This document shows positions 29,671-38,619 of a DNA stretch of 64,000 bases, in pieces. This stretch comes from Eubacteriales bacterium (GTDB lineage Bacteria > Bacillota > Clostridia > Oscillospirales > CAG-272), in NCBI GenBank assembly GCA_045588675.1, contig JAZNER010000046.1, forward strand, positions 108,550 to 172,549, read 5' to 3'. The notes beneath the pieces were generated by a model, which was not told the DNA's origin, made no database searches, and was given only the letters and a program-made list of their open reading frames with translations. Both the position numbers and the translations under genes were made by a program. Numbering within the stretch: the stretch's first letter is position 1; every line of letters starts with the position of its first letter.

Positions 29671-31440
29671 ATGGCTTTTGATGCAGGTATGCTTTCTTGC
29701 ATTATTCACGAAATAAAGGAGATAGCGCAAGGAGGCAGAATTGAAAAAATATATCAGCCCGAAAAAGATGAAATAATTTTGCAAATGCGAACTCTTGCAG
29801 GAGGTAAACGCCTTTTGATAAATGCGGGGTCAAATAACCCCAGAATCTCTTTTACAACGATTCAAAAGGAGAACCCTATGCAAGCTCCGATGTTTTGTAT
29901 GCTTCTGCGAAAGCATCTGACAGGAGCTCTCTTGTCAAATGTTGAGCAATTTTCGTTTGAAAGAGCTGTAAAGCTCACCTTTGATACAAGAGATGAGATG
30001 GGCTTTGACTGTAAAAAATATATTATTGCCGAGATAATGGGAAAGTACAGTAATTTAGTTTTTGCAGACGAAAATATGAAAATAATTGCTTCACTGAAAA
30101 CTGTTGATTTTACAACAAGTAGCTTGAGGCAGGTTTTACCAGGTATGAAATATGAGCTCCCACCCGCACAGGATAAGCTTAATCCGCTTGTGGCGACGAA
30201 AGAACAGTTTTTCGAAGCCTTAGCTAAATATCCCCCCGAAAAAAGCGCGGAGAAATTCATTACATCAACATACCTTGGAATTGCCACGAGTGTGGCAAGA
30301 GAATTGGTTATGAGAGCTTGCGGAGTCTTTGATGCTAACTTGTCCACTTGTCCGAGCGAAGCTCTTTACAGAGAATTTTCAAGCCTGTATGACAAGCTTG
30401 CAAGAGGAGAGTTTGCTCCTGAGGTGGTTTTGGACGGAAGTATGCCAGTTGAATATTCCTTTACTTCTCTCTCTTATTATGGTCCTGCCTTTGAGCATAG
30501 GTCGTTTGAAAGTCCCAGCGAAGCGCTTGACTTATTCTTTTTGTCAAGAGATAATGAGCAAAGAATCAGACAAAGAGCATCTGATATTCTAAAGCTTTTA
30601 ACTAATGCCGAAGCAAGATTAATTAAAAAAATTGACTCACAAGAAAAAGAACTCGCTGACTGTGAGCTTGGTGAGAAGTATAAGAAATACGGTGACTTGA
30701 TTACCGCTAATATTTATAAGCTGAATAAGGGCGACAAATCAGTTGAGCTTGTTGATTACGAGGCTTGGAATGAGGAAACAGGCGAGTGCGGCACGGCAGT
30801 AATTGAGCTTGATGAAAGACTGACCCCTGCGGCAAATGCTCAAAAATATTATAAGCAATACAACAAAACGAAAACCGCAAAGGTTGAGCTTTCAAAGCAG
30901 CTTGAAATAGGAAAAGCTGAGCTTGAGTATATATATTCTGTTTTTGACGCCTTAACAAAGGCAGAAAGCAGTGCGGATTTGGCGGAAATTCGTGATGAGC
31001 TTTACAAAAGCGGATATGCTTCGAAGATGAAGGGCTACGCTGCTCCCAAAAAGCTGCACAATCTGACTGTGTCCGAATTTGTTACAACAAACGGTTACAG
31101 GGTTTTGTGTGGTAAGAATAACTATCAGAATGAGTATATTACCCACAAGCTTGCAGAGAAAAATGACTATTGGTTTCACGCTAAAAATGTTCCCGGCTCT
31201 CATGTTCTTATGATAACAAACGGCGAGGAGCCGCCAAGTGAGGACTTTACAGATGCTTGCGAAATTGCGGCATATTATTCCAAGGCAAAGGGCGGCTTTA
31301 ACATTGAGGTTGACTATCTTTTTGCCAAAGGTGTAAAGAAGGTTTCGGGAGCAAAACCCGGATTTGTGATTTATCATAACAACTGGTCAGCTTTCGTCAC
31401 ACCCAATGAGGAAAAAATTAATAAAATGAGAAAAAAATAA
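29671..31440 (+). CDS. rqcH: ribosome quality control factor RqcH (NFACT / FbpA family)
   Basis: 589 aa. N-terminal NFACT-N, coiled coil, C-terminal YWFHAKNVPGSHVL (NFACT-R). RBS ggagg. Confidence 0.85.
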   Translation: MAFDAGMLSCIIHEIKEIAQGGRIEKIYQPEKDEIILQMRTLAGGKRLLINAGSNNPRISFTTIQKENPMQAPMFCMLLRKHLTGALLSNVEQFSFERAVKLTFDTRDEMGFDCKKYIIAEIMGKYSNLVFADENMKIIASLKTVDFTTSSLRQVLPGMKYELPPAQDKLNPLVATKEQFFEALAKYPPEKSAEKFITSTYLGIATSVARELVMRACGVFDANLSTCPSEALYREFSSLYDKLARGEFAPEVVLDGSMPVEYSFTSLSYYGPAFEHRSFESPSEALDLFFLSRDNEQRIRQRASDILKLLTNAEARLIKKIDSQEKELADCELGEKYKKYGDLITANIYKLNKGDKSVELVDYEAWNEETGECGTAVIELDERLTPAANAQKYYKQYNKTKTAKVELSKQLEIGKAELEYIYSVFDALTKAESSADLAEIRDELYKSGYASKMKGYAAPKKLHNLTVSEFVTTNGYRVLCGKNNYQNEYITHKLAEKNDYWFHAKNVPGSHVLMITNGEEPPSEDFTDACEIAAYYSKAKGGFNIEVDYLFAKGVKKVSGAKPGFVIYHNNWSAFVTPNEEKINKMRKK

Positions 31441-31442
31441 TC

Positions 31443-31476
31443 TTATGCGGATGGGCTTTTATGCTTATCCGCATAA
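31443..31476 (+). terminator. intrinsic terminator (weak T-run)
   Basis: Stem ttatgcggat / atccgcataa. Confidence 0.6.
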
Positions 31477-31515
31477 TAATGTTTTGTAAATAAAATGTTA
31501 AAGAAAAATCGATTT

Positions 31516-31544
31516 GTTGACAAAATCAAAAAATTAAGTTATAA
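31516..31544 (+). promoter_or_regulatory. sigma-A promoter (TTGACA-17-TATAAT)
   Basis: ttgaca at 31516-31521 and tataat at 31539-31544. It lies inside the ORF-track 5' extension of the MarR gene, which supports the downstream start. Confidence 0.8.
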
Positions 31545-31599
31545 TACTCATATTGAAGCGACAGCTTTGATAAACTTGGGAAGGAGTGTACGAAAAATA

Positions 31600-32046
31600 A
31601 TGGATAACTTTTCTGCATTTGCAGTTTCGCTTGAAAATGTGAACAAGTACATCAATAAAATTAAAAGCATTAAAATATCGGAATACGGCATCAGAGCAGC
31701 GCATTTTAACTGTATGATGCATATTGATCTGTCAAAGGACGGTCTTACTCCGACAGAAATTTCAGAGGATTGCGGAATAGATAAGGCTTTTGTTTCACGA
31801 ACAACCGCTGACTTGATCAAGGGTGGATTTATCAGAATTAATCAGAAATTCAACGACGGAAGAAAATACAGGAATAAATACATATTGACCGAAAAGGGTC
31901 AGAATGTTATTGAAGAAACCAAATTGTTAATAGAAAAGTATTTAACTGAAATTTGCGGCAAAATTGGCGAAATGGATATGAAGTCTTTTATGAAGGTTAT
32001 TCTCTCAATTAATGAGGGAATGGGCAAAAAAGTCGCAAAGATATAA
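31600..32046 (+). CDS. MarR-family transcriptional regulator
   Basis: Winged-helix region LTPTEISEDCGIDKAFVSRTTADLIKGGFI. Start at 31600, downstream of the promoter. Confidence 0.75.
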   Translation: MDNFSAFAVSLENVNKYINKIKSIKISEYGIRAAHFNCMMHIDLSKDGLTPTEISEDCGIDKAFVSRTTADLIKGGFIRINQKFNDGRKYRNKYILTEKGQNVIEETKLLIEKYLTEICGKIGEMDMKSFMKVILSINEGMGKKVAKI

Positions 32047-32068
32047 ATTGGTTTGAGAGGATAAATTA

Positions 32069-33787
32069 ATGAATAAATTACCAAACAGAAAAAGAATAGA
32101 CAGAACACTGCCGCGCCTGTGGGATGTGAACGACTTGCTTGAGCATATTAATTCTCACGGAGATAGACTTGCTTATAAGTATTTTGAGCAGGGCAAGCTT
32201 CAGGAGATGACATATGCAGAGTTTTATCAAATGGTGCTTCAGATATCCGCAGCTTTTACAAAGAAGGGCTTTTCAGGCAAAAGAGTGGCGGTAATCGGTG
32301 ACACCTCGCCGCAATGGCTTGCCACCTATGTAGGTGCGCTTGCTTCCGGAACTATTATCATACCTATGGATAAGGAGCTGGCTCTCTCTGAAATTGAAAA
32401 GTTTTTAGAGATAGCAGAGGCAGAGGCTGTTGTTTACTCAAAATCGTTTAACGAAAAATTTGTTACAACAATAAATTCTCACCCTACGGTTAAAACCTTT
32501 ATTCCAATCAATGCAGATTATGACTCAAGCTTTTCTCAAAAGGTTCTTCCCTTTGCTTCCTTGCTTGAATTAGGCCAAGAGGAGCTTGACGGTGGATATA
32601 GAATTCAAATGGTTAAAAACCGTGACGAGATGGCTGAGATGCTATTTACGTCAGGTACGACAGGCACAAGCAAATGTGTAATGCTATCGCAAAAGAATAT
32701 TTTTGCTGCGGTAAGCTCTGCGATTGAAACTGTCTGCTTTGTTTCTGAGGATGTTGTTGTATCGGTTCTTCCCGTGCATCACACCTATGAGCTGATGTGC
32801 CTGCTTGCCGAAATGGTGTTCGGTATTACCACCTGCATCAATGACTCTTTGCGCCACGTTATGAAAAACTTTGCATTGTTTAAGCCTACAGGACTTGTTC
32901 TCGTGCCTATGTTCTTGAACACTATGTATAAGAGAATTTGGTCTGAGGCTGAGAGGGGCGGCAAGGATAAGGTGCTTAAAGCCGCTCTTGTAATGTCAAG
33001 AAATTTGATGAAGGTCGGCGTTGATGTAAGAAGAACTCTCTTTAAATCTGTTCTCGACGCATTTGGCGGAAATCTTGACCACATAATTTGCGGCGGAGCT
33101 AAATTGAATCCAGATTTGATTGTTGCATTCGAGGATTTCGGCATTTCCGTGTTTGAGGGCTTTGGTATTACAGAGTGCTCACCGCTTGTTTCGGTTACGC
33201 CTTATTATGCAAGAAAGCTGGGCGCAATCGGTCCGTCAGTTCCCTCTTGCAGAACGAGGATAGACCCTAATGGCGAATTTACCGATGAAGGCTACGAAAT
33301 TGGTGAAATTCAAGTTAAGGGTGACAATGTTATGATTGGATATTATAACAATCCCGAAGCCAATGCAGATGTATTCACAAATGACGGGTGGTTCAGAACT
33401 GGGGATGTCGGATATATGGATAATGACGGTTATTTGTATATTACGGGTCGCATTAAGTTTGTAATAGTGCTTGAAAACGGAAAAAATGTATTCCCCGAAG
33501 AAATTGAAGAATACCTTGATATAATTGATACAATTAAGGAATGCTGTGTTGTCGGAAGAAAGGCAAGTGATGGCGACGAGATTATTTTGACTGCCGTTGT
33601 TTATCCCGATTACTCAAAATTCCCTGAGGGCGCCAATGAGGACGAGGTAAAGGAATCAATCAGAAAATCTATAAACGCCACAAACAAAAAGCTCCCAACC
33701 TACAAGCAAATAAAGTCGGTTGAAATCAGAAAGACAGAGTTTGAAAAAACTACTACAAAGAAAATCAAAAGACAGCTTGTAAAATGA
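32069..33787 (+). CDS. AMP-dependent long-chain acyl-CoA synthetase/ligase
   Basis: AMP-binding motifs LFTSGTTGTSKCVMLS and GWFRTGDVGYMD. 572 aa. Confidence 0.85.
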   Translation: MNKLPNRKRIDRTLPRLWDVNDLLEHINSHGDRLAYKYFEQGKLQEMTYAEFYQMVLQISAAFTKKGFSGKRVAVIGDTSPQWLATYVGALASGTIIIPMDKELALSEIEKFLEIAEAEAVVYSKSFNEKFVTTINSHPTVKTFIPINADYDSSFSQKVLPFASLLELGQEELDGGYRIQMVKNRDEMAEMLFTSGTTGTSKCVMLSQKNIFAAVSSAIETVCFVSEDVVVSVLPVHHTYELMCLLAEMVFGITTCINDSLRHVMKNFALFKPTGLVLVPMFLNTMYKRIWSEAERGGKDKVLKAALVMSRNLMKVGVDVRRTLFKSVLDAFGGNLDHIICGGAKLNPDLIVAFEDFGISVFEGFGITECSPLVSVTPYYARKLGAIGPSVPSCRTRIDPNGEFTDEGYEIGEIQVKGDNVMIGYYNNPEANADVFTNDGWFRTGDVGYMDNDGYLYITGRIKFVIVLENGKNVFPEEIEEYLDIIDTIKECCVVGRKASDGDEIILTAVVYPDYSKFPEGANEDEVKESIRKSINATNKKLPTYKQIKSVEIRKTEFEKTTTKKIKRQLVK

Positions 33788-33789
33788 TA

Positions 33790-34138
33790 AAAAAACTTGC
33801 TCACCTGTGCTGCGGGTGCTAAAGGACAGTAATAAAGCCGATATGGATTAAACATCTGTATCGGCTCTTTTCTATTACACCGCTAATAGTGGTGAGTAAG
33901 TGCGCTTTTTAAGTTTTTAGTGATATGCTGTCTATGACAGCGTGATATTACTCGCCCTGCTCGTAGTGATATTGAAACCTTGCGGTTTCAGTGGTATTCT
34001 ATTCGCACGACAACTCGCGTAGCGAATATCACTCGGCGTAAGCTGAATATAACTGCGAAGCAATATAACTCGCCAGAGGCGAATAGAGTTGGCGTTGTGT
34101 CCTTTGGAACACAACGCCTGAGGGTGAGCAAGTTTTTT
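33790..34138. repeat. structured intergenic element A (inverted-repeat bracketed, 9-mer/mini-hairpin array)
   Basis: A 16-nt perfect inverted repeat (IR): 33790-33805 / 34123-34138. AGTGRTATK at 33919, 33941, 33965 and 33990. AATATMACT at 34025, 34046 and 34062. Spacers form small hairpins. Terminal hairpin at 34091-34118. Confidence 0.85.
33836..33871 (+). terminator. intrinsic terminator after the acyl-CoA ligase gene
   Basis: Stem agccgata / tatcggct followed by cttttc. Confidence 0.7.
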
Positions 34139-34355
34139 ACTATAGTGTTTCGCTGGATCTTTTAGTTGTTAATATTGCAAGTTGCATTATAAAAAAAATT
34201 ATTCAAATTATTAATATTTTTTATGTTTTTATGCACTTTTTTATAAAAATTTAATGTTTGCACTTGTATTTTGGAAGAATTTGTGTTATCATTATATGAA
34301 TAGATATTTAGGGCTATAATTTAAAGGTTAGCAATTTGAAAGGAATATTCAATTT

Positions 34356-36299
34356 ATGAAAGACGGATATATCAAGGTTGCATCAGCGTGTCCTGAAATT
34401 AAAATGGCAGATGTTAAATTCAATACAGACGCTTGTATTTCCTTGGCAAATCGCGCAAACGAGTTGGGCGTTAAGCTTCTGGTTTTCCCTGAGCTTGTTC
34501 TGACAGGCTATTCCTGCGGAGATATGTTTTCGTCAGAAAGCCTGCTTAAAGGTGCTCTTACGGGTCTTAAAAATTATGTTTATGCTACTGCTATGCTTGA
34601 TATGGTTTCGATAATTGGATTGCCAATTGAGCACGGTGACAAGGTCTATAACTGCGCGGCTGTCGTATCGGGCGGTCAGCTTCTCGGAATAGTACCAAAG
34701 AAAAATCTTCCTAATCAGGGCGAATATTATGAGCTTCGCAATTTTATTCCTGCGCCAAAGGACAATTTTGCTTATAGCTTTGACGACAGTATCGTTATGT
34801 TTGGCACAAATCAGTTCTTCGTTTGCAGACAAATGCCAAGCTTTAGGATAGGTGTTGAAATTTGTGAGGATCTGTGGTCTTCTGACGCTCCATCTTCAAT
34901 TCTTGCTTCTGCTGGAGCTACGGTTATTGCAAACCCCTCGGCTTCAAGTGAGATTATCGGCAAAGAGGATTACAGAAAAATGTTAATCCGCACGCAATCA
35001 TTAAAGACTATTTCGGGGTATGTTTATACAAGCTCGGGACTTGGAGAATCAACTGCAAATTCGGTTCTTTCGGGACATTGTATAATCGCAGAAATGGGTA
35101 CTATCATCGGTGAGAGAAAGCCTTTTGATTTTTCTGCAGATGAGCTTACGATTACCGAGCTTGATTTGCAGAAAATCGTCCACGCTCGCCGCACAAACAA
35201 TACATTTACAAAAAACACAAACGGAATTGAATTTTGCGAGATTGAATTTGATTTAAGTCTTGAAGATACAATTATTACAAGAAAAATTGACCCATCTCCC
35301 TTTGTTCCAACAGACAAAAAGGAACTTGCAGACAGATGTGAAAAAATCCTTAATATACAAGCATTAGGTCTTGCAGAGAGAGTTAAGGCGTCGTATTCAG
35401 GAAAGCTTGTTGTTGGTATTTCGGGCGGACTTGATTCTTGCCTTGCGCTTCTTGTAATGGTGCGAGCTGCCGATTATCTCAATATTCCAAGAAAAGATAT
35501 AATTGCAGTTACAATGCCCTGCTTTGGAACAACTTCGAGGACAAAAAACAATGCAACTGTTCTTTGTGAAAAGCTTGGTGTTGATTTCCGTTGTGTTAAC
35601 ATTTTTGATGCGGTAAGACAGCATTTTGCTGATATTGGTCACGACCCTGAAAACTATAATGTTGTATATGAGAATGCTCAGGCGAGAGAAAGAACACAGG
35701 TCCTTATGGATATAGCCAACGCCGAGAGCGGTCTTGTTGTCGGAACTGGTGACCTTTCCGAGCTTGCACTTGGTTGGGCGACCTATAACGGCGACCATAT
35801 GTCAATGTACGGCGTTAATGCTTCAGTTCCCAAAACGCTTATCAGACATATTGTAAGCTATTGCGCTGATTTGGAAAAATCAAAGGGTGAGGAGCTTTTG
35901 GCAGATGCTATTTATGACATTCTCAATACTCCTGTTTCACCCGAATTACTCCCTGCCACAGAGGGCGGTGAGATTTCTCAAAAAACAGAGGATTTGGTTG
36001 GTCCTTATGAGCTTCACGATTTCTACCTTTTCAATTTTGTAAAGCACGGATTTACTCCTAAAAAGCTTTTCAGAATGGCAAAAATAGCCTTTAACGGCAT
36101 ATATGATGAAAAAACACTCTTAAAGTGGCTCGAAGTATTTGTAAAGAGGTTTTTTGCTCAACAGTTTAAGCGCTCGTGTCTGCCCGACAGTCCGCGCGTT
36201 GGAACGGTAGCGCTTTCCCCGAATTATTTTAAGATGGTTTCGGATATGTCATCAAACTTGTGGCGAGCGGAAATCGAAGAGCTTAAAGAATTAATTTAA
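34356..36299 (+). CDS. nadE: glutamine-dependent NAD+ synthetase
   Basis: 647 aa. N-terminal CN-hydrolase (FPELVLTGY, EICEDLW) plus a C-terminal NAD synthetase PP-loop (GISGGLDS). Confidence 0.9.
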   Translation: MKDGYIKVASACPEIKMADVKFNTDACISLANRANELGVKLLVFPELVLTGYSCGDMFSSESLLKGALTGLKNYVYATAMLDMVSIIGLPIEHGDKVYNCAAVVSGGQLLGIVPKKNLPNQGEYYELRNFIPAPKDNFAYSFDDSIVMFGTNQFFVCRQMPSFRIGVEICEDLWSSDAPSSILASAGATVIANPSASSEIIGKEDYRKMLIRTQSLKTISGYVYTSSGLGESTANSVLSGHCIIAEMGTIIGERKPFDFSADELTITELDLQKIVHARRTNNTFTKNTNGIEFCEIEFDLSLEDTIITRKIDPSPFVPTDKKELADRCEKILNIQALGLAERVKASYSGKLVVGISGGLDSCLALLVMVRAADYLNIPRKDIIAVTMPCFGTTSRTKNNATVLCEKLGVDFRCVNIFDAVRQHFADIGHDPENYNVVYENAQARERTQVLMDIANAESGLVVGTGDLSELALGWATYNGDHMSMYGVNASVPKTLIRHIVSYCADLEKSKGEELLADAIYDILNTPVSPELLPATEGGEISQKTEDLVGPYELHDFYLFNFVKHGFTPKKLFRMAKIAFNGIYDEKTLLKWLEVFVKRFFAQQFKRSCLPDSPRVGTVALSPNYFKMVSDMSSNLWRAEIEELKELI

Positions 36300-36304
36300 A
36301 ACCG

Positions 36305-36335
36305 AAAAACCGTTGCAGAAATGCAACGGTTTTTT
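36305..36335. terminator. bidirectional intrinsic terminator
   Basis: Stem aaccgttgca / tgcaacggtt with loop gaaa and A/T flanks. Confidence 0.85.
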
Positions 36336-36338
36336 ATA

Positions 36339-36794
36339 TCAAATATCTTTTTCGCTAATATTGAAGATTTGCTTCTTCTTTTTCTTTGCATACTTATAGG
36401 TCTGGTAAGCTCCGCCAAAATCGTGAGTTATATATGCTATAACACAGTCTGCCTTCTCGACCATCCACCTGTTACGGTATGAAATCGCAAATTTAAGCGG
36501 TACTTTTTCGAGTTCAGGATAGATAATGTCATCATACAGATTTTTCTCGTATTCTAAATGATTTTTTTGATAATCAACTGTTATATACGGTGTAATGAAA
36601 ACTAATTTCGTGTTTGGGTGTGTTTCCTGATATTTCTTTCCGCATCTCCGAGCAAACGCGTCAAAAGAGCCGTAACCGCCCAAATAAAGCTCGGCGTGAT
36701 CATCTCCGATAATTTCCGTCAAAATAGATATGATTTTTTGCGCGTCCTCTCTTGTTTCAATGTATTTTGAATGTCCGCAAAATGTAACTATCAT
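36339..36794 (-). CDS. DUF1273 / YpsA-like SLOG-family protein
   Basis: MIVTFCGHSK..LYLGGYGSFD..ISYRNRWMVEKAD. Start at ATG 36794; the 10 upstream codons of the ORF-track call run through a terminator hairpin. Confidence 0.7.
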   Translation of the reverse strand: MIVTFCGHSKYIETREDAQKIISILTEIIGDDHAELYLGGYGSFDAFARRCGKKYQETHPNTKLVFITPYITVDYQKNHLEYEKNLYDDIIYPELEKVPLKFAISYRNRWMVEKADCVIAYITHDFGGAYQTYKYAKKKKKQIFNISEKDI

Positions 36795-36817
36795 AAAACT
36801 ACCCCGTAAATAAAAAA

Positions 36818-36964
36818 AGTGCACCCCCGAAGGAATGCACTGAAAAAATGCTTCCCTCGATTGTTGCTACACAAACTTTCTCTGATATGGGATGAGAAAA
36901 GAGAGAAAACACTTTTTACCAAAGTATTTTCCCATATCAGAAAAAAATATGCAGTTTGTGTAGC
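36818..36964 (-). promoter_or_regulatory. structured 5' leader: 99-nt hairpin plus intrinsic terminator upstream of the YpsA-like gene (or an independent sRNA)
   Basis: Minus strand: gctacacaaact (36964-36953) pairs with agtttgtgtagc (36877-36866). Inner stem tctgatatggga / tcccatatcaga. Then the hairpin agtgcattcc-ttcg-ggggtgcact (36841-36818) plus a T7 run. Confidence 0.6.
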
Positions 36965-36970
36965 GTGTAT

Positions 36971-36999
36971 ATTATACCACATTTTACGAGATTTGTCAA
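36971..36999 (-). promoter_or_regulatory. sigma-A promoter (TTGACA-17-TATAAT, TG extended -10), minus strand
   Basis: Reverse complement reads ttgaca(36999-36994)-aatctcgtaaaatgtgg-tataat(36976-36971). Confidence 0.85.
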
Positions 37000-37078
37000 T
37001 ACAGAATAGACAGACTGTAATATTTGAATAATCCAAAACAAAAAAGAGCTATCTTAAGATAACTCTTTTGATTGATTT

Positions 37079-37353
37079 TGTGCTCATAGTACCAAAATAC
37101 AACTCGTATATTTAGTGAAGTTTTGGCTACGCCAAAGTGATGTTATGCTTCGCATAGTGATGTTGCTCCCTACGGTCGCAGTGAAGTGATATGTTCCTAA
37201 TTTCGTGCCAAAGGCACACTTCACGCGCGAATCGCACTCCACTTCCGAAGGAAACATCACGCTCCGTTTGCGGAACGCATCGTTGAAAAAAGCACTTGCG
37301 CAAGCAAGTGCTTTTTTCTGTGCTCATAGTACAAAAATGCAACTTTATGTATT
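37079..37353. repeat. structured intergenic element B flanked by imperfect direct repeats 240 nt apart
   Basis: tgtgctcatagtac.aaaat.caact at 37079 and 37319. AGTGAWGT at 37114, 37136, 37156 and 37180. Reverse complements at 37218, 37236 and 37254. Mini-hairpins lie between them. Terminator at 37286-37317. Confidence 0.85.
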
Positions 37354-37466
37354 TCTACAATCATAACAGCACTAATAAGTGTTGTGTTTAGAAGAAAATA
37401 CATTTCTTACTGTGTAATATTAACCGTAATTTTTTCATTATCCACAGTAGAACAACCTATATCATT

Positions 37467-37991
37467 TTAATAAATATCAAGTGCGTACCATTCACCATCA
37501 TAATTTAAGCAAAAAATAAAATCGGTTCTTTCCTCACCATCCACCTCCGAATTAACACTAACAATACAATATTCATCAATCAACGCCAAATCCTGAGGTG
37601 TAGCGCCATAAGATTCCATACCCGCTATATAGCCATTAAGCAATTCCTCACATGTATAAGACCATATTCCAATATCAAGCATTGCTGAAACATCTTTTTT
37701 TTCACTGCTGATTATAATACACTCGCAAATATCATCTTCTGTAATATTATCTTTCATGTCATTAACAATTTGTTCTTTATTAAAATCTTCCCCAAACATT
37801 GCTTTTAAAGCAAAATCAGGAAAACAATTGACCATCTTTTCTGGATTTGCCGTAAAAATCGCCACTACTAAATTTTCCGCTACTTTTTCCGGAGTGGATG
37901 TGACGCCACTCTTTCCGCAAGCAACAAGGGAAACGAGCATAGCCATTATAATAATGAACACAAAAACCTTAGATAAACTATTTCTTTTCAT
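37467..37991 (-). CDS. lipoprotein, unknown function
   Basis: 174 aa. Lipobox LVSLVACG. RBS ggaggaag. Confidence 0.7.
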   Translation of the reverse strand: MKRNSLSKVFVFIIIMAMLVSLVACGKSGVTSTPEKVAENLVVAIFTANPEKMVNCFPDFALKAMFGEDFNKEQIVNDMKDNITEDDICECIIISSEKKDVSAMLDIGIWSYTCEELLNGYIAGMESYGATPQDLALIDEYCIVSVNSEVDGEERTDFIFCLNYDGEWYALDIY

Positions 37992-38048
37992 TTTTTTCTT
38001 CCTCCAAAAATTAAAATTTTAATATCGCTACTCAACTATAATATTTTA

Positions 38049-38510
38049 TCAAAAGTCAAATATCGCTGACGGTATATCTAACCAAATGAAAATGATTGAC
38101 AATAATACATAAACCGCATTTACAATTAATACTCTTCTCTTTTCTTGCTTATCTGCCAATTTATCTGCGCTTATAACTAATGAAACTATTATGGCAGCTA
38201 TTCCAGGAATTAATGTCAACGAGGCCTTATAATCTCTATGAATTCCGAAAACTTTAGTATTATCTAGCAAATTATCATAGTAAATATATTCGCTCTGCAT
38301 AGAAATCCTAATTATTAAAGAAATAAAAGCACTGATAACACTAGCAATATAAGATTTTTTCAAACAAGGTTTGTACGCCTTATTTGTATCTGATATAGCA
38401 AGCTCCTCATTATCAATTTCTTCAACACCTTCTCTTCCAATTTGGCATCCACACTTTTCGCAAAACATTGCTTCATCGTTAATTTCTTTTCCACATTTTG
38501 AACAAAACAT
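38049..38510 (-). CDS. zinc-ribbon domain membrane protein
   Basis: N-terminal CSKCG..CEKCG zinc ribbon followed by 3 TM helices. RBS aggaga. Confidence 0.7.
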   Translation of the reverse strand: MFCSKCGKEINDEAMFCEKCGCQIGREGVEEIDNEELAISDTNKAYKPCLKKSYIASVISAFISLIIRISMQSEYIYYDNLLDNTKVFGIHRDYKASLTLIPGIAAIIVSLVISADKLADKQEKRRVLIVNAVYVLLSIIFIWLDIPSAIFDF

Positions 38511-38534
38511 ATCACTTTCTCCTATTTAATTTAT

Positions 38535-38579
38535 TTGTAACAAATTGTTACAAATAATATTGTAACACAATGTTACAAT
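38535..38579. promoter_or_regulatory. two palindromic operator-like sites TTGTAACA-N3-TGTTACAA
   Basis: ttgtaacaaattgttacaa (38535-38553) and attgtaacacaatgttacaat (38559-38579), in the divergent intergenic region next to the XRE gene. Confidence 0.7.
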
Positions 38580-38619
38580 AAAGTCAAGAGGTTTACATAA
38601 TTTTATTAGGAGGAATTTT

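Noticed and set aside
33932-34165. Overlapping 60-61 aa ORFs on both strands inside element A
   Set aside because: They have no RBS, overlap each other on opposite strands, and are built from the 9-mer/hairpin periodicity. They are better explained as non-coding structure.
36791-37036. 81-aa (-) and 70-aa (+) ORFs upstream of the YpsA-like gene
   Set aside because: The region contains a consensus promoter, a 99-nt hairpin and a terminator. The ORFs are open by chance in AT-rich, palindromic sequence.
37127-37342. 71-aa minus-strand ORF across element B
   Set aside because: It runs through the bidirectional terminator and the hairpin array, has no RBS, and its start lies inside the flanking direct repeat.
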